In this document: positions 13,101 through 26,755 of the stretch, one piece after another
Numbering within the stretch: the stretch's first letter is position 1
How the letters are laid out: every line of letters starts with the position of its first letter
DNA from: Felis catus
Lineage: Eukaryota
Length of the DNA: 64,000 nucleotides
NCBI RefSeq assembly: GCF_018350175.1
Contig: NC_058368.1
Location: 143,780,001 to 143,844,000 of the forward strand
Direction: 5' to 3'
Made by a program: the position numbers and the translations under genes
Notes under the pieces: generated by a model
Told to the model about the DNA's origin: nothing
The model's input: the letters and a program-made list of their open reading frames with translations, nothing else
The model's database searches: none

Positions 13101-14631
13101 AATAAAAGGATAAATCCAACAAGAGGATGTAACAATTTTAATAACTATATGCTCGACATTGGACACCTAAATACATAAAGCAAGTATCAACTGACATAAA
13201 GGGGAAAATTGACAGGAGTACAATACTAATAGCAGACTTAACCCCTACTTACATCAATAGATAGAACATTCAAGCAGAAAGTGAATAAGGAATTTTTTTT
13301 TCTCCCTCCCTCCCTCGGAAATGTTTTTGAATGACACATTAGACCAGATGGGTTTAAGAGATATATACAGAACATTCCATCTAAAAACAACAGAATACAC
13401 AGGGTTTTGTTGTTGTTGTTGTTGTTTTTCAAGTGTACATGGAACAGTCCCTAAGATGGATCACATATTAGGCCCCAAAACAATCTCAACATATTTAAGA
13501 AGGAAATCACATCAAACATCTTTTCCAACCACAACAGTATTAAAGTAGAAATCAATTACAAGAAAAAAAAAACTGGAAAAAAGATGAACACATAAAGACT
13601 AAACACCATGCTACTAAACAACAAATGGGCCAATGAGGAAATCAAAAAGGAAATTAAAAAATACATGGAAACAAGTGAAAATAACACACAACAATTCAAA
13701 AATTTTGGGTCTCAGCAGAAGCAGTTCTAAGAGGGAGATTTATAGTGATACAAACCTACCTCAACAAACAAGGAAAATCTCAATCTAACTTTATACCTAA
13801 AGAAACTAGAAAAAGAAGAACAAAGCCCAAAATTAGTAGAATGAAGGAAATAATAAAGATCAGAACAGAAACAAATAAAATAGAGACAAAAAAAAAAGAG
13901 AGAAAAGATTAATGAAATCAAGAGTTGGTTCTTTGAAAAGATAAATAAAATCAATATCCTTTAGCCAGACTCATTAAGAAAAAAAGAGAAAGGACCCAAA
14001 TAAACAAAATCAGAAATTCAAGAGGAGGGGTGCCTAGCTGGCTCAGTCAGAAGAGCATGTGACTCTTGATCATGGGGTTGTAAGTTAGAGGCCCATGTTG
14101 GGTGTAGAAATTACTTAAAAATAAAATCTTAAAAAAAGAAAAGAAATGAAATGAAAGAGAAGTAACAAATGACACCACAAAAACACAAAGGATTAGGGGC
14201 ACATGGGTGGATCAGTCAGTTAAGCATCCATCTTTGTTTGGCTCAGGTCATAATCTCACAGCTAGTGGGTTTGAGTCCCATGTTGAGTTCTGTGCTGACA
14301 GCTCAGAGCCTGGAGTCTGCTTCAGGTTCTTGTCTCTCTCTCTCTGCCTCTCCCCAACTCACACTCTGTCTCTCTCAAAAATAAATACTTTTTAAAAAGT
14401 ACAAAGGATTATAAGGGACTACTATCAAAAATGATAACCAAAAATTGGACAACCTAGAAAAACTGGATAAATTCCTAGAAACATATAATCTGCCAAAACT
14501 GAATCAGGAAAAAATAAAAAAAATCTGAATAGAATGAATACTAGTAATAAAACTGAATCAGTTATCAGAAAACTCCTGATGAACTAAAGTCCAGGACCAG
14601 GGGGAATGCCTGGTGAATTCTACCAAACATT

Positions 14632-15078
14632 TATTTTTCTTTTAATTTTTTTTAACGTTTATTTATTTTTGGGACAGAGAGAGACAGAGCATGAACGGGG
14701 GAGGGTCAGAGAGAGAGGTAGACACAGAATCTGAAACAGGCTCCAGGCTCTGAGCCGTCAGCACAGAGCCTGATGCAGGGCTTGAATTCACGGACCGCGA
14801 GATCATGACCTGAGCCAAAGTCGGACGCTTAACCGACTGAGCCACCCAGGCGCCCCTCTACCAAACATTTAAAGAAGAGTTAATACCTATTCTCCTAGGG
14901 GCGCCTGGGTGGCGCAGTCGGTTAAGCGTCCGACTTCAGTCAGGTCACGATCTCGCGGTCCGTGAGTTCGAGCCCGACGGGGCTCTGGGCTCAGAGCCTG
15001 GAGCCTGTTTCTGATTCTGTGTTTCCCTCTCTCTCTGCCCCTCCCCCGTTCATGCAAAAAAAAAAAATTAAAAAAAAA
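14632..15078. mobile_element. Head-to-head pair of young felid SINEs
   Basis: Minus SINE ~14632-14856 (TSD TCTACCAAACATTT) and plus SINE ~14898-15078 (TSD AATACCTATTCTCCT). Confidence 0.93.
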
Positions 15079-15510
15079 TACCTATTCTCCTCAAATTATT
15101 CCAAAAAAATATATTCCAAAAAATAGGATAAGAAAGCTTCCAAATACATTCTATGAGGCCAGCATTGCCTGATGCCAAAACTAGACAAAGACACTACAGA
15201 AAAAGAAAACCACAGGCCAATATTCCTGATGAACATGAATGCAAAAATCCTCAGCAAAGTATTAACAAACCACATTCAATACCACATTCAATAACACATT
15301 AAAAGGATCATTCACCATACTCAAAGGGGATAAATCCCAGAGATGCAAGAATGGTTCAATACCTGCAAATCAATTAACATGATACACAACATTAACAAAA
15401 TTAAGGATAAAAAACATACATTCATCTCCATAGATGCAGAAAAAGCATTTGAGGAAATATCCATTCGTGATAAAAACTGGTAACAAAGTGGCTTTAGAGG
15501 AAACATACCC

Positions 15511-15546
15511 ATCACTTCTCAGCCTTACAGTTAAGATCAAGTGTAG
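15511..15546 (+). pseudogene. 3'-truncated U2 snRNA retrocopy (nt 1-36)
   Basis: ATCACTTCTCAGCCTTACAGTTAAGATCAAGTGTAG matches the U2 5' end ATCGCTTCTCGGCCTTTTGGCTAAGATCAAGTGTAG at 30/36. It is flanked by the direct repeat TAGAGGAAACATACC (15495-15509 and 15544-15558). Confidence 0.9.
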
Positions 15547-17016
15547 AGGAAACATACCTTAACATAACAAAGGCCCTATAGGACAAACCCACAGCTCACA
15601 TCATTACAATGGTAAAAAATTGAGACCTTTTCATCTAAGATCAGGAACAAGATAAGGATTTACACTTTTATTCAACATAGTACTAGAAGTCCTAGCCGCA
15701 GCAATCAGACAAGGGAAAAAAAAGGACATCCATATTAGTAAAAAAGAAATAAAACTGTCACTAATTGCAGATGATATGATACTATACATAGAAAACCCTT
15801 AGGATTTTGCAAAAAAAAAAAAAAAAAAAACCTATCAGAAGTAATAATTCAGTAAAGATACAGGATACAAAATTGATATACAGAAATCTGTTGTGTTTCT
15901 CTACACTAATAACAAAGCAGCAGAAAGAGAAATTAAGAAAATTCCATTTACAACTGCACCCAAAAGAATAAAATACCTAGGAATAAACTGAACGAAGGAA
16001 TTAAAATACATAGTCTGAAGACTATGAAATGTTGATGAAACGAATTAAAGATGACACAAATGAAAAAATATTCCACACTCATGGATTAGAAGAATTAATA
16101 TTATTAAAATATTCATACTATCCAAGGCAATCTACAGATTCAGTGCAATTCTTATTAAAATATGAATAGCATGTGTCACAGAACTAGAGAAAATAATACT
16201 AAAATTGGTATGGAACCACAAAAGACCCCAAATAGCCAAAGTAATCTTGAGAAAGAAGAACAAAACTGGAGGTATCACCATCCAGATTTCAAGATATACT
16301 AAAATGCTCTAGTAATCAAAACAGTATTGTACTGGCACAAAAAGAGACACATAGATCAACAGAATAGAGAACCCAGAAATACACCTACACTTCTGTGGTC
16401 AATTAGTCTAGGACAAAGGAGACAACAATATACAATGGGGAAAAGACAGTCTCTTCAATAAATGGTGCTGGGAAAACTGGACAGCTACATGCAAAAGAAT
16501 GAAACTGGGCCACTGTCTTACACTATACACAAAAAGAAACTCAGAATGGATTAAGGACCTAAATATGAGACCTGAAACCATAAAACTCCTATAAGAAAAC
16601 ATAGGCAGTAACTTCTTAGACATCAGTCTTAGCGATATTTTTCTAGATACGTCTCCTCTGGCAAGGGAAACAAAAAGCAAAATTAAACTGTTGAGTCTAC
16701 ACAAAAATAAAAAGCTTTGAACAGCAAAGGAAACCATCAACAAAACAAGAAGGGAACCTACTAAATGGGGGGAAATATTTTCAAATCTATCCAATAAGCA
16801 GTTAATATCCAAAATATATAAATTATTACAACACTAAAAAAATTCCAATTAAAAAGTGGACAGAGAAACTGAATGGACATCTTTCCAAAAAAGACATTCA
16901 GATGGCCAACAGATATATGAAAAGATGTTCAACATCACTAATCATCAGGGAAATGCAAATCAAAAACACCATGAGATATCACCTTATACCTGTCAGGTAT
17001 TAAAAAGGCAAGAAAT

Positions 17017-18200
17017 GGGGCACCTAGGTGGCTCAGTCAGTTGAGCGTCCAGCTTCTGTTCAAGTCATGATTTCGCTGCTCATGGGTTCAAGCCCCACAT
17101 CAGGCTCTGTGCTGACAGCCCGGAGCCTGGAGACAGCTTCGGATTCTGTATCTGTCTTCCTCTCTCTCTCTGCGCCCCCACCCCCACCACCCCCCCCCAC
17201 ACACACACACACTCTCTTTCTCTCTCTCTCAAAAATAAATAAACATTAAAAAAATTTGGCGGGGGTGGGGGGACACCTGGGTGGCTCAGTTGGTTAATCG
17301 TCTGATTTCAGCTCAGGTCATGATCTCACAGTCCCGGAGTTCGAGCCCCACATCAGGCTCTGTGCTGACAGCTCGGAGCCTGGAGTCTGCTTCAGATTCT
17401 GTGTCTCCCTCTCTCTCTGTCCCCTTCCGGGCTCATGCTCTGTCTCTCTCTGTCTCAAAAATAAATAAAAACATTAAAAAAATTTTTTTAAATAAAAAAA
17501 AATTTTTTAAGAAAAAAATTTTTTTTACAATACAAAAAATAACAAGTATTGGCAAGGATATGGAGAAAAACGAATGCTCCTTAAGTGTTGGTGACAATGT
17601 CAATTGGTATAGCCACTGTGGAAAACAGTACGGTGGTGTCTCAAAAATTAGAAATATGGGGCTCCTGGTTGGCTCTGTCAGTGGAATGTGACACTCGATC
17701 TCAAGGGTGGTAAGTTCAGGCCCTAGATTGGGTGTAGAGATTACTTAAAAACAAAACAAAAAATGTTTAAAAAATTAGAAATATCATACAATTCAGTAAT
17801 CCCACTACTGTGTATTTACCCAATAGGAAAAAAAAACACTAATTTGAAAAGATATATGTACCCCTATGTTTACTGTAGCATTATTTACAATAGCCAAGGT
17901 ATGAAAGCAACCCAAGTGTCCAGTGATAGGTGAATGGATGAAGAAGAGTGGCACACACACACACACACACACACACACTGGAATATTATTAAGCCATTAA
18001 AAAAAAAAAGAGGGGCATCTGGGTGGCTCAGTTGGTTGAGCATCTGACTTCTGCTCAGGTCATGATTTCACGGTTTATGAATTTGAGTCCCACATCAGGC
18101 TCTCTGCTATCAGCCAGTCAGCACAGAGGCTGCTTGGGATCCTCTGTCACCCTCTGTGCCCCTCCCCCACTTACACTCTTGCAAAAATAAATGAATTTTT
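17017..18200 (+). mobile_element. Cluster of four SINEs in the L1 ORF2 3' region
   Basis: SINE heads at ~17017, ~17270, ~17657 and ~18012. Confidence 0.9.
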
Positions 18201-18790
18201 TTTAATGCCTAAAAAAGAGAGATCTTGCCGTTTCCAACAACATGGATGGACCTATAGGGTAGGGTATTAGGTGAAGTGAAACAAGTCAGACAAAGAAAGA
18301 CAAATACCATATGATTTCACTTATACGTGAAATCTAAAAAAACAAAACTAAAGAAAGAAACAAAAGCAGAAACAGACCCATAAATACAGAGAACAAACTG
18401 GTGGTTGCCATAGGGGAGAAAGGTAGAGGGATGGGCAAAGGGGCAAAGGGGAATGGGAGGTATGGCTTCCACTTATGGAACAAATGACTCAGGGTAATGA
18501 AAGGTACAACATAGGGAATATGGCCAGTGGTGCTATAATAGTGATGTGTGGGGACAGATGGCAACTACACTTGTTGTGACAGAGTCATTGAATCACTCTG
18601 CTGCACACCTGAAACTAATTACCATTGTGTATCAACTATACTTTAATTTTAAAAAATACTTGAGGGGATGCCTGGGTGGCTCAGTCAGTTAAGCGTCTGA
18701 CTCTTGATCTTGGCTCAGATCATGATCTCGAAGTTCAAGAGTTCAAGCCCCTCATTGGGCTCTGTGTTGATAGTAAAGAGTCTGCTTGGG

Positions 18791-18836
<46 letters not shown>

Positions 18837-18919
18837 TCTTTGCCCTTCCCCTGCTTGTACTCTCTCTCAAAATAATCAAAATTTTTTTAAGTTCAAAATA
18901 AAGAAGGAAAAAAATTATA

Positions 18920-19210
18920 AGAGTTCACACTAAAATCTAGATTTTCAGCTTCTCTTAAGAAATCAAAAGTTCTGACTGCTGTCCATAGTGTAGTGGGCAG
19001 AAACACACTTGTGTTTGCCCTTACCGTAGAATTTTAAAATGTATTGCAGAGTAACAGTAATAAAAATGAAAAGCTCTGGCCACACTATCTGCATTCCTGC
19101 ACAAGAATCTTAGAGAGAGCTGCGTTCTCCACATTCCCTCTTCATTCAACCCTCTTCACTCATGGAGCTCTTGTCTAGCCCCTAGAAGTGACAGTCTGAA
19201 ACCCTCAACT
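18920..19210. mobile_element. MER102-like hAT DNA transposon, right part
   Basis: TCACACTAAAATCTAGATTTTCAGCTTCTCTT...CTGGCCACACT...CTTCACTCAT...GCCCCTAGAAG follows the recalled MER102 consensus. Confidence 0.55.
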
Positions 19211-22200
19211 TGTGATGTTGAAGGCACAGACAGAGGAGGGCTAGACTCCACCCCTCTGGTCGACACCTGTTAGGTGACCTGTTCCTACTTCCACAGCTAC
19301 CGAATGGCAAGGCCTGGGCTCCAAGCCAGGAGTCCTAACTCCTCCTACCAGCAGGGCTCTACTAGAAACAGATGGCACACTCAATTAGGTAATGTGGATT
19401 TTTAATAAAAGGGCCATTTATGAGGTTGGGGCAGGTTTCAGGAAACCAAAGTGGAGAGTACAGTATCCCTCCCCACGTTCCCCTCCACTGGCCAAACAAG
19501 AGGGGGGAGCTGCTCCCACCCCTTCCCACCAGCCTTGACAGAGCAAGTGAAAGAATAATCATCATTCCTGGAGAGGACAGGAGTGCAGTGAGTGTCGGTG
19601 GACAACAGCTGTGGCCTTGGATAGATGGACACAGCAATCCCGCAAAACCGTAGGGAGAAGGAACCAAGGAAATAAGTAGCCCAACCCCATCTCCTCCCCC
19701 CTCTCCAGTTATTCAAACTCAGCACTCAGGTGTACAAGGGGGTCCATTAATGCGAAATGTTCATCCAGCCCCGTGAGACGGAAAGCAGGGTGGAAGCAGG
19801 CAAGGAGTGGGCCTCACTTTTGCCCCAGGACAGAGAAGACCCCAACAAACTCCTCCTCCACCTAAATTGATCTCGAAGTTCTGTGAAGTTCCACCACACT
19901 GCCCTGTGCCCCAGGCATCGGACCAAAACATCATATTGCCAACAGACAGGGAGGAGAAAAGATGGACACCAACAGGAATAGCTTAGCTTACCTTCCAGAC
20001 ACTTTGCACACATTCCCTCTAATCCTGCAGGAGAAGGAATTTCTTTCTGTAGGTGAAGAAATTGAGGCACAGGATGGTAAGGATTTGGCAAAGGACACCT
20101 ACTTTATAAATGTTGGAGGCAAGGTTCAAACTCAGTGTCACTAGCTCCAAACCTGAAGTTATTATGTAGTTACAGAAAATATTCATCAGTTGTGCCAGAA
20201 ACAGGTAACATAGCAAGCCTGAGATTGTTATCCTTTTAAAAGCCTGTTTACAAAGTTGGCCCTCAACTGGCGTCTGAGAACTTGAATTTTGGTCATGTCT
20301 GGTTTGCCAAAGTCACATGGCTGTTAGCAACAGGGTAGGGACTAGATCCCAGGTTTGGGGACTTGTAGGCTCATGCTCCTCCACTAACTATGAAAGGCTT
20401 CAGGGTACTCAAACAGAAAGTGTTGACAGAGCATATGTGACAAAGTTCCAGGGATCTCGTGGGAGGCCATCCCCACTGCTGGTCTTGGTGAAGACGTAGC
20501 AGAAGGTAGGCACATCCTGAGACTTCCGAAGCCCCCACTTTCCTTCTCTACACCTTCCTCTTACCCTTCTGAGATTTCATGCTTTCATCTTCCCTCAGAG
20601 TTCAAACCTGGGTTTACTGGGAGTATCTCTTACTCAGGGGCCATATACTGAGCAGAAGCTGGTTCTTTCAGCCCCACCTGTGCCTCCATGGCCAGCTGCC
20701 TTTACGAAGCACAAAGACCCAACAACTTTATACAGGGCCCCTGGTCAACCTCAGGCTTGAGAAGGAACTCACTGGGACCCATCTTGCTTCTCAATGCACA
20801 CTGGGCCTTGCTTACATCAGTGTTGTACTCAAAAACACCGTAACAGATGCTTTTGGTGGCCTGTCCATCTCTCTTACCACTTGTCACCCATTGATGTCCA
20901 ACTGCCAATACCTGCAGTTCTTTATTTCAGAGCATTCTCTGGCACTCAGGCCTTCTCCGCACCCCCCCTCCCTTGGCAGGCTACAAATGCAGGGGAATTA
21001 AGTGATACTCACCTCCCCATCCCTGCCTTATTTTCTTCTCCCCTTCCTAGGGTTCCTTCACCTCCCAAACAAACAGGGTGTACCGCAATCCTTCTCTCAG
21101 AGTCTGTTTCTGGATAAACCAACCAGAAGAAAATCTCACTCAGCACAAGCCCACTCAAATTTTACTTAATCCAGAGTTTGGGAATCTGAGATGTGCATGG
21201 ATACCCTATGCTCATGAGCACAAATACATCCACACAGAGAACTTCTCTCTGAACCAACCATTCCAAAGACATCCATATTACTCAGCCACTTGGCTGGACT
21301 TTATTACCCCTCCATGAATAGCCCCTAAGTCCAATAAGTGGAATGAAAACTAGCACAGTGAACGAACAGTGGTATTGGATCTCATTCATCTTTTAGCCCC
21401 ACCCACCACCCACCATGACACCCAGCCCTCAAGCCTGGTAAGTGCTCATTAAATATGTTAATCAGAGGAGCAGTTGGAGCAGGCAGCCTCCGCTCCACAA
21501 GGCTCCACTCCTAATCCCCTACTATGTGATCTCCCAGGGCACCCAGGACGATTCCCCCACTCGTACTCTCTCTGCTCATAATGGTGCAGAATCTCACTTG
21601 GTCTTGAAGAGTGTGCCAGAAATATGCTCTTGAAACAGCCTGCTTGTTCACAAATACATTTCCATTTTAGCAAGAGCAGCTGTCACTCCTGCTGGAGGCC
21701 TGCTGGTCTCACCCTTGCCACCTGCCCGAAGGGATAATTTAATTCATAGAAACTTAAGAGGGCCTAATTCAACCCCTCTTCTAATTCAGAGATCCTCTCA
21801 AAAGCCTCCCTGATGTTTGTCATCTATTTCATGAACACTTCAAACAACAGGGAACTCATTGCTACATGCCATAGCCAATCCTATGGTTAGAAGGTTCTAA
21901 TTATTAAGTTTTTAGACAATTTCTATTTTCAAAAATTTTTTTAATGTTTATTTTATTTTTGAGAGATTGAGAGAGAGAGAGAGAGAGAGAGAGCATGAGC
22001 AGGGGAGGGGCAGAGAGAGTGAGAAAGACACAGAATCTGAGCTGTCAGCACAGAGCCTGACACGGGGCTTGAACCCACAGACCATGAGATCATGACCTGA
22101 GCCGAAGTCGGATGCTTAATTGACTGATTCACCCAGGTGCCCCTAAATATTTATTATTTTTTTATTTATAATACATATTATATATGTATTATATGTATTA

Positions 22201-22867
22201 CATATATTATGTATTATTATGTATTAAAATATATATGTATTATATATTAAACATTTACTATGTGCCAGGTACTATTTTTTTAAAGTTTACTTACTTATTT
22301 CAAGACAGAGAGAGAGAGAGAAAGCAGAGGAGAGGCAGAGAGAGAAGAAGGAAAGGATCCCAAGCAGGTTGCAGGCTGTCAGTGCAGAGACCAACGTGGG
22401 CTTGAACACACGAACAGTGAGATCATGACCTGAGACAAAACCAAGAATCAGACACTTAACAGACTGAGCCACCTAGGAGCCCCTTTCTTTTTCTTTTTTT
22501 CTTTTTTCTGTGCCTGGTACTATTAAAAGTACTTTATGTGCAAACTCTTTATCACCATCATCCCATCTCACAGCACAGAGACGGTAGTAGCTTGCCCAAG
22601 ATGGTAAAGCTGACAAGTGGCAGAATGAGATTCCAAACCAAGGAAGTCTCACTCCAGAGCCTTCCTGTATTACCTTTTTGTTACTTGGGGCAGAAACCTT
22701 TCATCATATAACTTAGCCTTTTAGGTCCAGATCCCTGTGAGGTTGTGATGAAAGTCAAGGACGCTCCCCTCTTGCTAATGTGCATATATACACAAAATTT
22801 TGCATATCATTTCAGGAAGTCAACCCACTGCATGCAGCCCATGACACCCAGGTTAAAAACTTCTGCA

Positions 22868-23437
22868 AAATCCCTATCAAAATTCCAATGACACTTTTTA
22901 CGTAAGTATAAAAAGAAAAAAAAAACACTCCTAAAATTAATGTAACACCACAAAAGACCCCGAATAGCCAAAGAAATCCTGAAGAAGAACAATATAGGAG
23001 GCATCACATTTCCTAATTTCAAGCTATAGTCATCGAAAGTCTGGTATTGGCAATAATAATAGAAAAATGGACCAATGGAACAAAACCTAGAGCTGAAAAA
23101 TAAACCCAAGTATATACAGTCAACTAATATTTGACAAGGGAGCCAAGAATACTCAGTGGAGTAAAGGTGGTCTCTACAATAAATGGTGCCGGGATAATTG
23201 GATAGTCACATGTAAGAGAACAAAACTGGATCCATACCTTAACGTCATTCACAAAAATTAACTCAAAATGGGTTAAAGCCTTGGGGCACTTGGGTGGCTC
23301 AGTCTGTTAAGCATCCAACTCTTGATTTTGGTTCAGGTCATGATCTCACAGAGGGATCAAGCCCGGAGCCTGGCTCTGCGCTGACAGCATGGAGCCTGTT
23401 TGGGATATTCTCTCTCCTCTCTCTCTGCCCCTCCCCT

Positions 23438-23476
<39 letters not shown>

Positions 23477-25140
23477 ATAAATACATAGACATAAAAAGCC
23501 TTAAATGTAAGATCTGTAGCCATGAAACTCCTAGAATAAAATATAGCAATAAATCTCTTTGACATGGGTCTTCATAATGATTTTTTGGATGGGACAACTA
23601 AAACACAAACAACAAAATAAAAAATAAAGAAGTGGGAATAGATTAAACTATAACTCCTGCAGAGCAAAAGAAACCATCAACCAAGTGAAAAGAATACCTT
23701 ACAGGATGGTACAAAACACTTGCAAATAATAAAACTGATAAGGGGTTAATATTAAAAAAATATATAAAGAACCCATACAATGCAACAGCAAAAGAAAAAA
23801 AAATTACAAATGGGCAGAGCACCTGAATAGCTATTTCTCCAATGAAATGTCGAGATATGAAAGGACAACACGTACATGAAAAGATGCTTTTAGCATCATT
23901 AGTCATAAAAGAAATGCAAATTAAAAACTGTAAGATCTTGCCTGATGCCTGTTAAAATGGCCATCACCAAAAAAGACAAGAGGTAACAAGGGTTGGTGTG
24001 GAAGTGGAGAAAAAGGAACCTTTATGGGATTGTGAATTGCTACAGCCACTGTGGAAAACAGTATGGAAGCTCCTCAAAAATTATATTATTATATCCAGCA
24101 ATTCTACTTCTAGGAATATATCCAAAAGAAATGAAAACACTAATTCAGAAAGCTGCACCCCCAAATTCATTGCAGCATTATTTACAATAGCCAAGACATG
24201 GAACCTAGTGTCCATCAGTGGATAAATGGATAAAGCAGTTGTGGGGGCATCTGGGTGGCTTCTCTGGTTAAACATCCAACTCTTGATTTCAGCTCAGGTC
24301 ACGATCTCATGGTTCTGAGATCATGTTCCACGTCGGGCTTTGTGGTGATATTGCAGAGCCTGCTTAAGATTTTCTCTCTCCTTCTCTCTCTGTCCCTCCC
24401 CCACTTGCACACACACTCTCTCTCTCTCTCAAAATAAATATTAAAACAGAACAAGTTGTGGTGTATGTGTGTGGTATATACACACACACACGCACACACA
24501 TAAACAGAATATTACTCAGCCATTAAAAAAAATAAGGAAATCCTAATATTTGCAACATGGATAGACCTTGAAAGCATTATGCAGAGTGAAGTAAGTCAGA
24601 GAAAGACAATACTCTATGATTTCATTAACATGTGGAATCTAAAAAAAAAAAATCAAACTTATAGGAAAATCAAGCTCAGACTTGTGGTTACAAGAGGCAA
24701 AGGGTCAGAGGAAGGGGGATTAGAGAAAGGTGGACAAGAAGTACACAATTCGGGGCACCTGGCTGGCTCAGTCAGTGGAGCGTCTACCTCTTGGTCTCAG
24801 GATTATGAGTTCAAGCCCCACATTGCGTGTAGACATAACTTAAAAATAGAATCTTAAACAAAAAGGTACAAACTTCCAGTTAAAAGACAAATAACTAAGA
24901 TAATAAGTACTAGGGATATAACATAAACATGATGACTATAGCTAACAGCGGTGTGTGAAATGTAAGAAAGTTGTTAACAGAGCAAATCCCAAGCATTCTC
25001 ATCACAAGAAGAAAATTTTCTTTTAATTGTATCTATATGAGATGATGGATGTGAGCTGAACCAACCGTGTAATCATTTCACAATATATGTGAAATGTGCT
25101 ATACTGCTTAAATGTATTTGGTGATGTATGTCAATTACAC
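22868..25140 (+). mobile_element. 5'-truncated LINE-1 (ORF2 C-terminus and 3' UTR) with three SINE insertions
   Basis: Typical L1 motifs: ATCCCTATCAAAATTCCAATG, AATAAATGGTGC.GGGA, CAGCCACTGTGGAAAACAGTATGG, GCAACATGGATAGACCTTGA. Confidence 0.88.
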
Positions 25141-26089
25141 ACACACACACACAACCACTGCCAATACATCAACACAAAATATTTTGCTTTCGCAATTGTT
25201 TGGAAGTTCTTTGAGGAGCTTTTCTATGTCCAGTGGGGTTCCTTGTGTTTTTCCAGGCTGTTTTTGCAGATCCATGTGAAAGACTATTCAACCTCATTAG
25301 TAACCAAAGAAAAGAGAAATCTAAATAATGAGATTTAAACAGTGCTAATTTGTACTTTTGAAATTAACAAGAAAGACTCAGAAATCATATGCTTGAAAGG
25401 TTGTACTCATTTGTTGCCGTTGACATTGGACCTGTATCTACTACCTTTAGGAAGAAATTGGGCAACACACAGGAAAAAGTAATGGAAATGCCCACAAGAT
25501 TCTGACCTGGTAACCCCACTCCCAGAATTTATTCCAAGACAGTGATTTAGATGAAAAAAAAAAAAAAGCCATATGTGGAAAACTATGTCTGGCAAGGTAC
25601 CTGTAAAAGGAAAAAAAAAAAAAAAACGCTTAATACCCTACAAAACAATTGGGAATTATAGTAAATAAAGTCATTAATGTAGCAGAATACATCAAGCAAT
25701 GGAAAGTGTTAACATTCAGAGAAAAGAAGTGGAACAGAGAAGCAACATCATGACTGCTGTTAATTATGGGGAGATAGGGTGGGAATGCCCAGAGAACTTT
25801 TGATTTGCTTTTTAGTGTCTTCCTCTAAAAGGCAAGACACCAAGCAATCAGAATAAAAGCAGCTCAGGGGCACCTGGGTGGTTCAGTCCTCAGTCAGGTA
25901 AGCGTCTGACTCTTATTTTCAGCTCAGGTCATGATCTTGCCATTTCTTGGGTTCAAGCCCCATGTTGGGCTCTGCACTGACAGTGCAGAGCCTCTTAGGA
26001 TTCTTTCTCCCTCTCCTTGTCTCTACCCCTCCCCTGCTCACATAGTCTCTGTGTCTCTCAAAAATAAATAAATAAAACTTTAAAAAAAT

Positions 26090-26120
<31 letters not shown>

Positions 26121-26419
26121 AAAAGAATAAAAGCAACTCAGAGGGGAGAGAAAAGGGCCATAAAAAGAGGAAAACTTAAAAGAAAAAATACTATAGGGGT
26201 TCCTGGGTGGCTCAGTCTGTTAAGCTTCCGACTCTCGGTTTCAGCCCAGGTCACATTCTCACGGTTTGTGAGTTCAAGCCCCCCACTGGGCTCCAAGCTG
26301 ACAGTGCAGCGCCTTCTTGGATTTTCTCTCTGTTTCTCTCTCTGCCCCTCCCCACTCATTTTCTCTCTCTCAAAAAATAAATAAACTTAAAAAAAAAGAA
26401 AAAAAAACTAAATAATGCT

Positions 26420-26755
26420 CTCCACGAACTGAATGTTTGTGTCTCCCCCAAATTTACAAATGTTAAAATCTTTATCTCCAAAGGTGATGGTATCATGTGG
26501 TATGCCTTTGGAAGGTGTTTAGGTCGAGAGAATAGAGCCCTCATGAATGTGATTAGTGCCTTATTTAAAAAAAAAAAAAAAAAGTCTCTAGAGAGAGCCC
26601 ACCCTCTTGCACCGAACTGATAGAGGACACAGTGACAAGGTGCTGGCTATGAATCAGGTGGTTGCCTCACCTGAAGGCAACCATGCCAATCTATTTTGTT
26701 CTTTATAAGTTTCCCAGTCAGTGGTATTTTGCTATAACAACCTGAAATAACTAAG
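26420..26755 (+). mobile_element. MLT1-type MaLR LTR relic
   Basis: ACTGAATGTTTGTGTCTCCCCAAATT...GAGCCCTCATGAATG.GATTAGTGCCTTAT. Confidence 0.7.

Larger units (their letters stand above)
4575..18660 (+). mobile_element. Older near-full-length carnivore LINE-1 (degenerate), interrupted by a nested L1, many SINEs and the U2 fragment
   Basis: The 5' end resembles the L1 start (AAGATG...AAGACCCTGAACTCACC). An ORF1 remnant at ~5680-6270 resumes at 11517. Endonuclease and RT remnants span ~12800-18300 (GCAGATGATATGAT, the FADDM region, near 15765). The 3' end reads CACCTGAAACTAAT...TCAACTATACTT. Many stops and frameshifts. Confidence 0.9.
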
